The notes: generated by a model not told the origin, from the letters alone. 64,000 nt of DNA from Planctomycetota bacterium (GCA_014584315.1 JACTNA010000016.1:19566-83565); one strand, 5' to 3'; shown: positions 39,367 through 49,213, counted from the stretch's first letter. Numbers and translations: made by a program.

Positions 39367-41682
39367 GTGATGACGACGCGGAACGCGACATCTGACCTGC
39401 CCCCGGCACTGCACAAGGCCGTTCGGGACGTGTGGGGGTTCGACACGCTGCGACCGTTGCAGGCGGAGGCGGTTGCGGCCGCGCTGGCCGGGCGTGACGC
39501 CTTGATCGTGCTGCCGACCGGGGGCGGGAAGAGCCTGTGCTTTCAGGCGCCGCCGCTGGTGACAGGCTCACTGACGGTGGTGGTGAGTCCGCTGATCTCG
39601 CTGATGAAGGACCAGGTGGACGCCTTGCGGCTCAATGGATACGCGGCGGCGTGCCTGCACTCGGGGTGTACGGCGGAGGAAGCGCGGACGGCGCGCGAGG
39701 CCGCTTCGGAAGGACGGCTTCGGCTGCTGTACCTTGCGCCCGAGCGTCTGCTCTCGGAGGGGTTTATCGAGTGGCTGCGGTGCGTTCGACAGCCGAACGG
39801 GAAAGCGGGGGTCGGCGCGTTCGCGATCGACGAAGCCCATTGCATCAGCCATTGGGGGCACGACTTTCGGCCGGAGTATCGGCGGTTGGCGGGGCTTCGT
39901 CGGTGGTTCCCGGACGCGTGCATCCACGCGCTGACTGCGACGGCGACGCCTCGCGTTCGAGAGGACATCGTTGCTCAACTTGGCCTGCGCGATGCCACCG
40001 TGCTCGTGGGCACATTCGACAGGCCGAACCTGGTGTACCGGATCGTGCCGCGCGTGAACCGGGAGGAGCAGATCGCGGGTGCTGTCGAGAGGCACCGCGG
40101 GGAGGCGGTGATCGTCTACTGCATCAGCCGGCGCGATACGGAGGATGTCGCGGGGGCGCTCCGCTCGCGGGGCGTCAAGGCGGAGGCCTACCACGCGGGC
40201 TTGGACGCGACCTCGCGGCGGCGCGTTCAGGACCGGTTCAGCCGCGAACGGATCGACGTCGTGGTGGCGACGGTGGCGTTCGGGATGGGGATCGACCGGT
40301 CGAACGTGCGTTGCGTGCTGCACGCGGCGATGCCGAAGTCGGTCGAGGCGTACCAGCAAGAGACGGGTCGTGCGGGACGGGACGGCCTCGAGGCGGAGTG
40401 CATCATGCTCTTCTCGGGGGCGGATACGGCCCGTTGGGCGAGGCTGCTCGAGAAGAGCGCGGCGGAGTCGGGCACGGCGGTCGAGGTCACGCAGGCACAG
40501 TTCCGGCTGCTTGACGAGATGCACCGGCTGTGCGCGGGGATGAAGTGCCGCCATCGCGCACTCTCGGAGCACTTCGGGCAGGCCTACCCGTTCCCCAACT
40601 GCAACGCCTGCGACGTGTGCCTGAACGAGATCGGCGCGGTCGATGACGCGACGACGATCGCGCGGAAGATCGTGTCGTGCGTGGCGAGGATCGTGCAGCG
40701 GTCGGGGTTCGGATTCGGGGCGGCCCATCTCGTGGACGTGCTTCGCGGCTCGCACGCCGGGCGCATCGTCCAGCGGGGCCACGATCAACTGAGCACGTTC
40801 GGGCTCCTTCGCGACGTGCCGCGGCCGACGCTGATGAGTTACGTGAACCAGTTGGTGGATCAGGGGCTGCTGGACCGCGACGACAGCGGGTACGGCACGC
40901 TGACGCTCAACGAGGCGTCGCGGGCGCTGCTGCGGGGTGAGCGGACGGTCTCCCTGCTGCGGCCGCAGGAACCGGCGACGACGCGCGAGCCGCGCGAGGA
41001 GATCGTGCTGTCGCCGGAGGAAGCCGGCCTGTTCGAGTCGCTGCGGGACCTGCGGCGCACACTCGCGGACGATCGCGGCGTGCCGCCCTACGTGGTGTTC
41101 GCGGACTCGACCCTGCGCGAACTCGCGGCGGTCCGGCCCGGGACGATGGGGGCGCTGCTCGGCGTGCGCGGGATCGGCGAGCGGAAGGCGGAGGAGTTCG
41201 GCGGGGTGTTCATCGCGCACATCAGGGAGTGGAGCGAGACGCACGGTCTGCCGCTGGATGCCAGGGCGAGGAGGCGCTCGGCGCCCGTGCAAGAGACCGC
41301 GAAGCCGCTCAGCCACAACCGGCGCGTGGCGTTCGATCGCTTCGGGCATGGGGACTCCGTCGAGGCGGTGGCGGCTTCGCTGGGGTTGTCGCCGCGGACG
41401 GTCGAGCAGTACCTGGTCGAGTGGATCGTGGCGTCCGCACCGGGAGAAGTTTCGGCTTGGGTTCCTCCGGAGGTCTACGAGCGGATCGCTGTCGCGGCGC
41501 GGGAGTGCGGGTTTGACCGCCTCAAGCCGATCTTCGATTCCCTTGGCGGTGAGGTGCCCTACGGCCAGATACGGGCGGTCGTCGCGCACTTGCGCGTCCG
41601 CGGATCGAGCGGGGACATGGAGGCACGGCCCGTCGAGATCGTGACGCGCGGCTTGGACTCAGCGAGTTCAGCGCGCCGATGA
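39367..41682 (+). CDS. recQ: ATP-dependent DNA helicase RecQ with HRDC and extra C-terminal HTH-like domain
   Basis: FGFDTLRPLQAEAV, LPTGGGKSLCFQ (Walker A), DEAHCISHWGHDFRPEY (DEAH), RecQ Zn motif C...CNACDVC, HRDC (LRDLRRTLADDRGVPPYVVFADSTLRELA). GTG 39367 is directly followed by ATG 39370. Confidence 0.93.
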   Translation: MMTTRNATSDLPPALHKAVRDVWGFDTLRPLQAEAVAAALAGRDALIVLPTGGGKSLCFQAPPLVTGSLTVVVSPLISLMKDQVDALRLNGYAAACLHSGCTAEEARTAREAASEGRLRLLYLAPERLLSEGFIEWLRCVRQPNGKAGVGAFAIDEAHCISHWGHDFRPEYRRLAGLRRWFPDACIHALTATATPRVREDIVAQLGLRDATVLVGTFDRPNLVYRIVPRVNREEQIAGAVERHRGEAVIVYCISRRDTEDVAGALRSRGVKAEAYHAGLDATSRRRVQDRFSRERIDVVVATVAFGMGIDRSNVRCVLHAAMPKSVEAYQQETGRAGRDGLEAECIMLFSGADTARWARLLEKSAAESGTAVEVTQAQFRLLDEMHRLCAGMKCRHRALSEHFGQAYPFPNCNACDVCLNEIGAVDDATTIARKIVSCVARIVQRSGFGFGAAHLVDVLRGSHAGRIVQRGHDQLSTFGLLRDVPRPTLMSYVNQLVDQGLLDRDDSGYGTLTLNEASRALLRGERTVSLLRPQEPATTREPREEIVLSPEEAGLFESLRDLRRTLADDRGVPPYVVFADSTLRELAAVRPGTMGALLGVRGIGERKAEEFGGVFIAHIREWSETHGLPLDARARRRSAPVQETAKPLSHNRRVAFDRFGHGDSVEAVAASLGLSPRTVEQYLVEWIVASAPGEVSAWVPPEVYERIAVAARECGFDRLKPIFDSLGGEVPYGQIRAVVAHLRVRGSSGDMEARPVEIVTRGLDSASSARR

Positions 41683-41689
41683 TGCGGCC

Positions 41690-42001
41690 ATGGCGAGGCG
41701 GCGAGCAAGGCGGACCCCGTGGCTCGCGATCGGCGTGATGCTGCTGATCGCCGCGGTCGGCGTCGGCGCGGTCGAGACCACCCGCGGTCTGAACCGGCTG
41801 GAACGGACGGTCGGCGGAGTCGTCGTCTACGCCGGCTACACGAAGTTCGTTCGGGCGTTGGAGCGGTCGCCGTGGACGCTGACGCTGGCGGCCGCGGGTG
41901 TTGCCGCCCTCGTGGTCGGGCTTGCCGGGCGTGCGGGTGCGCCGATGCGCAAAGGCCGGCGACGGAACCCGAGGCGAACGCACCGCACGCGCGGGCGGTG
42001 A
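41690..42001 (+). CDS. Small two-TM membrane protein, hypothetical
   Basis: MARRRARRTPWLAIGVMLLIAAVGVGAV ... WTLTLAAAGVAALVVGLAG, with basic termini. Confidence 0.45.
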   Translation: MARRRARRTPWLAIGVMLLIAAVGVGAVETTRGLNRLERTVGGVVVYAGYTKFVRALERSPWTLTLAAAGVAALVVGLAGRAGAPMRKGRRRNPRRTHRTRGR

Positions 42002-42061
42002 TCGGGGGATCGGTCGGCCGGGTCGGCCGGTGGCGCCGATCGCCTGATTGGCTGGGGAGAA

Positions 42062-42084
42062 GGCACAGGCGGGACGCCTGTGCC
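42062..42084. terminator. Hairpin between convergent genes (possible bidirectional terminator)
   Basis: Perfect 10-bp stem GGCACAGGCG / CGCCTGTGCC with a 3-nt loop GGA. Only weak T-richness flanks it (TTCTCC on the minus strand). Confidence 0.4.
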
Positions 42085-42112
42085 ACCGTTGCCCGGGCAA
42101 TACAGGCCCAGG

Positions 42113-43168
42113 TCAGGCAATGACCGTCCCGTCAACCCCCCAGAACCTCGCCCAGTTTCCCCAGGCGAAGGCGTGGATCTCGTCGTCGGTCCACCCTTGG
42201 GCGGCGAGAGCGTCGGCGATGCGGGGGAGGTCCGCGGGCGACTCGATGCCACGCGGCAGGTCGTGGGCAGTGAGTCCGCCGTCCATATCCGAGCCGAGCG
42301 CGACGCCGCGGGGGTGGCCCATGACGTTGCGGACATGCTGGATGTGGGCGACGAGGTCGTCGATCGACGGCCGGTCGTCGGGATCGGTGCGGTCGATGCC
42401 CTGCTTGATGAAGTTGCGGACGAGGTTGACGCCGACGATCCCGCCGCGGCGCCCGATCTCGCGGATGGTCTCGTCGTCGAGGTGGCGTTGCCAGTCCTTG
42501 TTGTCGCGGCCGCCGAGCAGGGCGCGGCAGTTCGAATGAGAGGCGATGACGGGGCGGTCGGTGAACGCGAGCAGTTCGTCGGTGGCGCGCTGCGAGAGGT
42601 GGGTGAGATCGTGGACGACGCCGAGGGCATCCATGGCGTGGGCGAGTTCGCGCCCGAGGTCGGAGAGGCCGAGGTCGGTGCCGTTGCCGCCCGCGTAGCG
42701 CGACCCGCGCCACCAGGCCATGCCGATGGCGATGACGCCTCGCTCGGCCCACCAGGGGAGTTCGTCGGGTGTGGTGATCGGGTCGGCGCACTCCATGAGG
42801 ATGCCGAGGAGGAGGCTTGGGGCGTGGGGCTTGGGGCCAGGGGGCTGGGGCGTGATGAGAGAGATCGTGCCGGCGTCGCGCCAGGCGTGGTAGACGGCGA
42901 GTTGTCGGCAGCCCGCCCGGTGAGCGCACTGAGCGTCGCCGACGGGGTAGGACCAGGGGCCTGGCTTGGATTCGGCGGCGACGGCCTCGGTGAAAATGGT
43001 ACCGAGGCAGGCCCGGACGCCGCCCTCGCGGAGGGAAGGCAGGGTGACGGCCGCGGGGAGGAGGCTGCCGCCGCATGAATCGAGCGGGGCGTGCAAGTCG
43101 CGGCCGAGTTCCACCAAATAGGCAAGGTCGAGGTGCCCGTCGAACCACGCCAGGGGAGCAGCAGCCAC
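42113..43168 (-). CDS. Membrane dipeptidase (peptidase M19 family)
   Basis: WFDGHLDLA, VIASHSNCRAL and ALGSDMDGG are M19 zinc-ligand motifs. Start set at in-frame GTG 43166-43168 (MAAAPLAWFDGH), giving 351 aa. The listed start at 43399 would cover the divergent promoter and RBS. Confidence 0.82.
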   Translation of the reverse strand: MAAAPLAWFDGHLDLAYLVELGRDLHAPLDSCGGSLLPAAVTLPSLREGGVRACLGTIFTEAVAAESKPGPWSYPVGDAQCAHRAGCRQLAVYHAWRDAGTISLITPQPPGPKPHAPSLLLGILMECADPITTPDELPWWAERGVIAIGMAWWRGSRYAGGNGTDLGLSDLGRELAHAMDALGVVHDLTHLSQRATDELLAFTDRPVIASHSNCRALLGGRDNKDWQRHLDDETIREIGRRGGIVGVNLVRNFIKQGIDRTDPDDRPSIDDLVAHIQHVRNVMGHPRGVALGSDMDGGLTAHDLPRGIESPADLPRIADALAAQGWTDDEIHAFAWGNWARFWGVDGTVIA

Positions 43169-43251
43169 GGGTTCACGGTAGCACGGGGCGAGGGCGTCGT
43201 CGGGGTGGGTGGGGTACCGTACTGCACAACGATCCAAGGGAGGCCGGCGCG

Positions 43252-43971
43252 ATGCATCTCTCACGAACCCCCCACCGTCGCGGGCTGGTGAAGATCGGCT
43301 GCGCTGCCCTGCTCGTGATCGTCGTCCTGGCGATGGCGGCCGGCTTCTGGGTCGCGTTGAGTTGGCGCGGGTGGGCGGCGCAGGCCTCGCGCCAGACATT
43401 CGCCGCGCTCATCGAGAAGACCGGGCTTCCCGACGAGCAGAAGCAGGGCATGATCGCGCATGTCGATGCGCTCACGGCGGAGTTCGAGGCGGGCACGGTG
43501 TCGCTGCAGGACATGGCGGCGGTGGTCGAGCAGGTCTCGCGCAGCCCGATCATTCCCGCGGCGGTGGTCGCGGCGATGCACGAGGGGTACATTCGTCCGT
43601 CCGCGCTCTCGGACGAGGAGAAGGTCGAGGCAAGCGTCATTCTCCGGCGATTCGCGCGCGGCGTGTACGAGAAGTCGATTCCCGAGAGCGCGATCGGGCC
43701 GACGCTGGAGCCGATCAGTGCCCCGCGCGGGGACTCGAACGTCTCCGTCGGCACGGGCGGGGCGGACTACCACCTCAAGGACCCGAAGAGCGTGACCCCC
43801 GATGAACTCCGGGCGTTCATCGCCAACGCCAAGGCGAAGGCGGACGAGGCGGGCGTGCCGGAGGAGGTTGCGGAGGTGGACTTCGCGGCGGAACTCGGGC
43901 GGGCCATCGATGCCGCGCTGGGAAGGGAGCGGCCGACGACCGACGAGGCCGAGCCGTCCGGGGGCGATTGA
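43252..43971 (+). CDS. Membrane-anchored hypothetical protein (239 aa)
   Basis: ATG 43252 with GGGAGG SD. MHLSRTPHRRGLVKIGCAALLVIVVLAMAAGFWVAL signal anchor. Acidic C-terminus. Confidence 0.6.
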   Translation: MHLSRTPHRRGLVKIGCAALLVIVVLAMAAGFWVALSWRGWAAQASRQTFAALIEKTGLPDEQKQGMIAHVDALTAEFEAGTVSLQDMAAVVEQVSRSPIIPAAVVAAMHEGYIRPSALSDEEKVEASVILRRFARGVYEKSIPESAIGPTLEPISAPRGDSNVSVGTGGADYHLKDPKSVTPDELRAFIANAKAKADEAGVPEEVAEVDFAAELGRAIDAALGRERPTTDEAEPSGGD

Positions 43972-43994
43972 CCGCGGTTCGACCCACCCGAGCC

Positions 43995-44657
43995 TCACGC
44001 ATCGATGGATGTGAGGCGCGAGCCGACGAGAATCTCCGCCGCGGTCTTGGCGATGACCTCGTCCTGTGTGACTCCGGGCGCGAGTTCTTCGAGGACGAAC
44101 CGCCTTTTGTCGTAGTCCATCCGGAGGACGCACAGGTCGGAGATGACCATGTCCACGCACCGGCGGCCGGTGAGGGGGAGCGTGCATTCGCGGAGGATCT
44201 TGCTCTCGCCCTTTTTGTTGCAGTGCTCCATCATGACGATGACTCGGCGGACGCCGGCGACGAGGTCCATCGCGCCGCCCATGCCCTTGACCATCTTGCC
44301 CGGGATCATCCAGTTGGCGATGTCGCCCTCCTGGCTGATCTCCATGGCGCCGAGGATGCACATGTCCACGTGCCCGCCGCGGATCATGGCGAAGGAGTCG
44401 GCGGAGGAGAAGGAACTGGCCCCGACGCGGGCGGTGATGGTCTGCTTGCCGGCGTTGATGAGATCGGCGTCCACCTCGGCCTCGGTCGGAAAGGGACCGA
44501 TGCCGAGCAGGCCGTTCTCGGATTGGAGCCAGACGTCCACGCCGGCTGGGATGTGGTTGGCGACGAGCGTGGGCATGCCGATGCCCAGGTTCACGATGTA
44601 GCCGTCGCGGAGTTCGCGGGCGGCCCGGGCGGCGATCTGGTCGCGGGTCAGGGGCAT
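43995..44657 (-). CDS. scoB: 3-oxoacid / acyl CoA-transferase, subunit B
   Basis: [34 protein letters not shown]...[10 protein letters not shown]...GGAMDLV. Start at ATG 44655-44657. Confidence 0.88.
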   Translation of the reverse strand: MPLTRDQIAARAARELRDGYIVNLGIGMPTLVANHIPAGVDVWLQSENGLLGIGPFPTEAEVDADLINAGKQTITARVGASSFSSADSFAMIRGGHVDMCILGAMEISQEGDIANWMIPGKMVKGMGGAMDLVAGVRRVIVMMEHCNKKGESKILRECTLPLTGRRCVDMVISDLCVLRMDYDKRRFVLEELAPGVTQDEVIAKTAAEILVGSRLTSIDA

Positions 44658-44795
44658 GAGGGGGAGTTTACAGCGGGACGGTGGACCATGGACAGCGGAC
44701 ACTCGGATCGTGGGTGGGAGGGGACGAGGTGCAACGGCGACCGACGACGTGCCGGCACTGCCGTCAGAGAGCCGACGGGGGAGGCACGACGGGGG

Positions 44796-45098
44796 TCAAT
44801 GCGGGGGGCGGGTGTTGAGGCGGTCGAGCCTCGAGGTAGACCGGGCATGACGGGCGCGGATTCGGGCTGCGATCAGCATGATTGAACCAGTGAGAAGCAC
44901 GGGCACACCCGCGGCCCCGATGAGGACACCTCGGAGCATGGCGGGGATGACCGCCTCTTCGCGGCCCTCGGGCTGGCCGAGAGGGTCGGCCATGATGTCC
45001 GAGTAGAGGGAGCCGAGTTCGCGGAGGGCGGTGCCGATGCCGACAAGGACAATCCCTCCCCCGATGAGCAGCAGCAACCAGGCGAGCGTCCGCTTCAC
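44796..45098 (-). CDS. Small two-TM membrane protein, hypothetical (100 aa)
   Basis: In-frame GTG 45096-45098. KRTLAWLLLLIGGGIVLVGIGTAL ... GVLIGAAGVPVLLTGSIMLIAA. The N-terminal part of the listed ORF is Pro/Ser-rich junk. Confidence 0.45.
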   Translation of the reverse strand: MKRTLAWLLLLIGGGIVLVGIGTALRELGSLYSDIMADPLGQPEGREEAVIPAMLRGVLIGAAGVPVLLTGSIMLIAARIRARHARSTSRLDRLNTRPPH

Positions 45099-45289
45099 GG
45101 GCGGATGGTAGAGGAGCCGGTCAGACGGGCAACCCTGATCCGGGAGGAGGGGGCTTGCGTTCGAGGGGGGGCTTCGTGTAGAGTGTGGCGGTTGGTCACG
45201 GAGGGGCGTGCTTCCCTGGTTTGGACGACGGGAGCCGCTGTTTGGGTACGAAGCGTGGCGGAACATGTTCGCTGCTGGCCAGCCGCGCG

Positions 45290-45949
45290 GTGTGCTCGCG
45301 GGCGTTTTCGCTTGTCGAGTTGATGGTCGTGATCGGGATCGTGACGATCCTGGCGGGGCTGATGATGCCCGCGCTGGCGGGGTCGATCTCGCAGAGTCGC
45401 CTGACGCGCGACATGGCGCTGCTCCGCTCGCACGCGGCGACGGTGGCGATGTACTGCACGGACTACGACGGGGTGTACCCGCTGGCGAACGCGGACCCGT
45501 GGTTTGCGGCGCAGTCGTGGGGCGAGGCGGTGCTCAAGGCGGGGCACTTCAAGTCGGAGAGCGAGATCGACCCGGACGTGCACCGGCGCGGCAAGTACCC
45601 GTCGATCGCGCTCTCGATGTGCATGGTCTATGACGCCGCGTTGATGCGGCCGGGCCACACGGTGCCGATCGAGCAGCAGAGAACGAGCGCGGTGCGGATG
45701 GAGCAGGTGCTGTTCCCGTCGTCGAAGGGGCTGCTGTTCAAGGTGCACAACGGCAATCCGAACCCGAGCGACGGCGGCGTTCAGTTCTGCTGCATCGAGC
45801 CGTGGGTGTTTCCCGTGTCAATGGCGGACGGCTCGGCAAAGGCCGGCAACTACTTGGACTTCAACGGCGGTCTTCCACCCTACATCGAAAACGAGATCGG
45901 GATGCCCGTGTACTCGACATGGTTCGGCGTGAGAGGAATGGACCGTTAG
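45290..45949 (+). CDS. Prepilin-type N-terminal cleavage/methylation domain protein (pseudopilin-like, DUF1559-like)
   Basis: In-frame GTG 45290 gives MCSRAFSLVELMVVIGIVTILAGLMMPALAGSISQSR. C-terminal FPVSMADGSA resembles the DGS end motif of planctomycete pseudopilin-like proteins. The start is uncertain. Confidence 0.7.
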   Translation: MCSRAFSLVELMVVIGIVTILAGLMMPALAGSISQSRLTRDMALLRSHAATVAMYCTDYDGVYPLANADPWFAAQSWGEAVLKAGHFKSESEIDPDVHRRGKYPSIALSMCMVYDAALMRPGHTVPIEQQRTSAVRMEQVLFPSSKGLLFKVHNGNPNPSDGGVQFCCIEPWVFPVSMADGSAKAGNYLDFNGGLPPYIENEIGMPVYSTWFGVRGMDR

Positions 45950-45977
45950 CCCAGCAACGGGCAGAGAGGGACGAAAG

Positions 45978-46427
45978 ATGAAGGCATTACTTCGGGTGAT
46001 GACGACGGCAAGTGCCGTGTTGTTCGGCATCGGCATGATGGCACAGGTTGCCCCGGTCTGTTGCCGTTACTTCTACGAATGGCCGCCCGAACTGCAGGGC
46101 CCGGAAGGTCCCTGCTCTGGAGACATGGCGCTCGTGTGTGAAACGGGGTCGAACAATGCGCCGCCGGAAGACCCGCTTTCCGAGATTCGACGCCCGGGAT
46201 GGCGTCCGGCTGAGTGCTGCGCGTACGTTCTCGGCGGTGGCGGCGTCTTCATTCGAAGCGCCTGTGACGAGCCTCCGACTCCCGATTCGATCTTCATCGG
46301 GCAACTCCCCGACGGCACCTGCTGCTGGGCGCATGTTCCCATCTCCCATCACCAGGAGTGCTACGATCAATCGTTCGGCGTAATGAAGTGCGTGAACTCG
46401 TGCGGGGAGAATCAAAGCGAGAACTGA
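45978..46427 (+). CDS. Secreted 12-cysteine protein (149 aa), hypothetical
   Basis: ATG with GAGAGGGA SD. Signal-like MKALLRVMTTASAVLFGIGMMAQVAP. 12 Cys including three CC pairs (VCC, ECC, TCC). GC is lower than in the surroundings. Confidence 0.6.
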   Translation: MKALLRVMTTASAVLFGIGMMAQVAPVCCRYFYEWPPELQGPEGPCSGDMALVCETGSNNAPPEDPLSEIRRPGWRPAECCAYVLGGGGVFIRSACDEPPTPDSIFIGQLPDGTCCWAHVPISHHQECYDQSFGVMKCVNSCGENQSEN

Positions 46428-46431
46428 AGGG

Positions 46432-47400
46432 ATGCTCAAACTCGTATCACCGTCGACCAACCGACTCATGGTGTTGTCGTCCATTGCTCTGACGATGCTT
46501 GTTCTCGCATCGGTATCGGGAGCCCGGCAACCCCTCCAAGCGGCAGTCTCTGAGAACAATCTCCGAGAGTTCCTCTCGCTCATCGACTCGACGCTGCCCG
46601 AGAGAGGGAGTCTCGTGGCGGTCTATGAGCCGGCATCGACGACCTCGTACGGAAGGTACACCGTCGGCTTCGATGCGGCGTCGGGCGCGTGGTTCATCGC
46701 TTCATGGAAGTCGTCGATTGGGCGCTCGCCGGATGGTGTGTCGTACAAATCGGATTCCAGAGGCGATACACTTCAGGATTGGCCTGGAGGAGGCACCGTC
46801 GGACCCATAGCGGTCGCCGATTACTTCCCCTTTGCCTATCTCGCGTTCTTTCGAGAGCAACCCACTGCGATCACGTCGCTCTCCCGAACACCCTCAGGTG
46901 GCTGGGTCGTCAGGTACGTCCAACCCGGGCTGGAAGGGATGCCCGAGAACGTGGTCGAGATAGACCCTGACGGGCTTCCCATTCGACGATGGAGAGAAGA
47001 TCCCAAGGATCGCCGTGAGTCGGTCTTCGACTACGCAGACACCTCTCCCGCCGGTTTCCCGATCGTGCGAGGCTGGGGCGCTTCGCCAATTCCACAGGTG
47101 ACCGGCCCTACCCTGGCTCACGTCGAGTTCCACAAGAGCGGCAACCTCGCCCTGTTCGACCGAGTGTCGGTTCACAGCACGGAGATTGATAATCGGGCCA
47201 TCGTTCAAACGAGACGCCAAGCGAACATCGCCGGCTTCTCTCGCAACGAGGATGGCACGTGGAACCCGCCGGACCGCACGAAGGTCAAACCCTACTCGGG
47301 GGACGACCTGCGGGCGTACCGCTGGCCGCTCGTGCTGGCGGGTGTGACGCTTGTTGCGCTGGCGGGGTACGAGATCGTCCGTCGCCGGCGGGGCGCGTGA
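46432..47400 (+). CDS. Secreted protein with C-terminal TM anchor, hypothetical (322 aa)
   Basis: N-terminal MVLSSIALTMLVLASVSGA. C-terminal WPLVLAGVTLVALAGYEIVRRRRGA. Starts 4 nt after the upstream stop. Confidence 0.6.
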   Translation: MLKLVSPSTNRLMVLSSIALTMLVLASVSGARQPLQAAVSENNLREFLSLIDSTLPERGSLVAVYEPASTTSYGRYTVGFDAASGAWFIASWKSSIGRSPDGVSYKSDSRGDTLQDWPGGGTVGPIAVADYFPFAYLAFFREQPTAITSLSRTPSGGWVVRYVQPGLEGMPENVVEIDPDGLPIRRWREDPKDRRESVFDYADTSPAGFPIVRGWGASPIPQVTGPTLAHVEFHKSGNLALFDRVSVHSTEIDNRAIVQTRRQANIAGFSRNEDGTWNPPDRTKVKPYSGDDLRAYRWPLVLAGVTLVALAGYEIVRRRRGA

Positions 47401-47412
47401 GGGATTGACGCC

Positions 47413-47901
47413 GTGACCGACTTCTCTCGCGTGCGCACGACAGGAGCGGGAGTGCTGGTCGCGGCCGGCGCGGTCGTCTTTCTCGTCTCGGGGTTCCGGC
47501 ACTTCGCGGAGATGCGACATTTCTCCGACCTGCTCATCAAGCACGATCTGGTCCCCGAGGCGATCGCGGGCGCAACGGCGTGGGGCGTCTCGGGCGCGGA
47601 GGTTGTCGTCGGGGTCGTCGCGGCATGGTGCCTCGTGACCGACCGCGGTGGACGGATCGCGCTCGGCGCGCTCGCCGTGGCCTCGCTCATGGGGGCGATG
47701 GCGGTCTACGCGACCGCCCTCGTCTTCTGGCCGCCGCCTACGCCCGTCCCCTGCGGGTGCGGCGTCGGCGCGAGCCTGCCCGTCGAGGACTGGACGCCGA
47801 TCGCCATGCGCAACGGTCTGCTGACGGCTGTCATGGCCGCGGCGGCGTTCGTGGCGAATCTGGGACGGCGCGGTGGGAGCGGAACGCCTGCATCGGCGTG
47901 A
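47413..47901 (+). CDS. MauE/DoxX-like redox-associated membrane protein
   Basis: GTG start. Four hydrophobic helices and PVPCGCGVG (MauE-family CGC motif). Confidence 0.6.
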   Translation: MTDFSRVRTTGAGVLVAAGAVVFLVSGFRHFAEMRHFSDLLIKHDLVPEAIAGATAWGVSGAEVVVGVVAAWCLVTDRGGRIALGALAVASLMGAMAVYATALVFWPPPTPVPCGCGVGASLPVEDWTPIAMRNGLLTAVMAAAAFVANLGRRGGSGTPASA

Positions 47902-47923
47902 CCGGAGGTTCGGTCGTGGGGCT

Positions 47924-48625
47924 TCAGTTCATTTCGAAGTAGCGCGGCGCGATCAGCCGAAGCACGCCCTCGCTCAGGAAGTCGGTGACACTCCAGCCGA
48001 TGGTCCAGAGCACGCCTCCGCCGTAGAAGAAGACCATGGCGAAGAGGATCAGCCCGACGACCGGAGCGTTGCCGTGCGAAATGAGCCGGTCATAGGGTGC
48101 GTAGACGTTGGCGAGGATGCGCGATCCGTCGAGGGGCGGGATCGGCAGGAGGTTGAGGACGACCAGAACCGCGTTCAAGCCGCAGCCGAGCATCAGGAAC
48201 GTCTGCACGTTGTCGTAGAGCGTGATGGAGCCGAGGGAGATGCTGTCGCTCGTCCATCCGCCCGCGAGGGCGATCCACAGCCCGAGCGCCGTGCCGCAGA
48301 CGAGCGAGAGGCCGACGTTCATCGCCGGCCCGGCGGCGGACACGATCAGGTCGTCCCGGCGCCCCCGGAAGCGGCTGGGGTTCACGGGCATCGCGCCCCA
48401 CGCGATGCCGAACAGGAAGAACGCGATCAGGCCCGGCGTCCCGATGTGGACGGCCGGGTTCCAGGTCATGTGGCCGAGTTCGATCGGCGTGCGGTCGCCG
48501 CAGCGGATGGCGGCCCAGCCGTGGCCGAGTTCGTGCAGGGTGATCGAGAAGACGAGCCAGAAGACCCACGAGACGAGATAGACGGGGCTGTGCTGCCAAG
48601 CGTCGGCGAGCCACCAACCGTCCAT
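47924..48625 (-). CDS. Site-2 protease family (M50) membrane metalloprotease
   Basis: ITLHELGHGWAA (HExxH) and NLLPIPPLDGSRI (LDG motif). Polytopic. Confidence 0.88.
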   Translation of the reverse strand: MDGWWLADAWQHSPVYLVSWVFWLVFSITLHELGHGWAAIRCGDRTPIELGHMTWNPAVHIGTPGLIAFFLFGIAWGAMPVNPSRFRGRRDDLIVSAAGPAMNVGLSLVCGTALGLWIALAGGWTSDSISLGSITLYDNVQTFLMLGCGLNAVLVVLNLLPIPPLDGSRILANVYAPYDRLISHGNAPVVGLILFAMVFFYGGGVLWTIGWSVTDFLSEGVLRLIAPRYFEMN

Positions 48626-48736
48626 GCCCCGTCCTCCACGCTTGGGCGTCTTCGGGTCGCCGGCGGAAGCCGTCGGCTCCGAGCATCAACCGGGATGGTT
48701 CCTCCACCACGGGCGAAGGTGGGTGGGCGACCGCGT

Positions 48737-49114
48737 TCAGGAGGCGCGTGCCGGCTGGGCCTGGGTGGCATTCTCAGCGGTCTGGACCAGCCCGTCGAAC
48801 GCCTTCGGCTCGTCGATGGCGAGTTGGCTGAGCATCTTGCGGTTGAGCGTGATGCCGGCGAGGCGCAGGCCGTTCATGAACCGGCTGTAGCGCGTGCCTC
48901 GCATCCGGCAGGCGGCGGTGATGCGCGTGATCCAGAGCGAACGGATGTCGCGTTTGCGAGCGCGGCGGTCACGGTAGGCGTAGACGCCGGCGCGGCGGAC
49001 GGCGTCGCGGGCGAGGTAGAAGTGGTTCTTGCGGGTGCCGTAGTACCCCCGCGCCTGGCGGAAGATGCGCTTGCGTGCGCGGTTGCGGGCTGCGCCCTTG
49101 GTTGCGCGTGGCAT
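48737..49114 (-). CDS. rplT: 50S ribosomal protein L20
   Basis: MPRATKGAARNRARKRIFRQARGYYGTRKNHFYLARDAVRRAGVYAYRDRRARKRDIRSLWITRI. Confidence 0.95.
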   Translation of the reverse strand: MPRATKGAARNRARKRIFRQARGYYGTRKNHFYLARDAVRRAGVYAYRDRRARKRDIRSLWITRITAACRMRGTRYSRFMNGLRLAGITLNRKMLSQLAIDEPKAFDGLVQTAENATQAQPARAS

Positions 49115-49213
49115 CGGTCGTCTCCTTCGCGTCCGACGGGGCAGCCGACTGCGGCTGGCTTCGGCCCGGCGGGCATCGTCTGCGGGGCGTTCATCGCCCC
49201 GTGGTTCGCGTCG

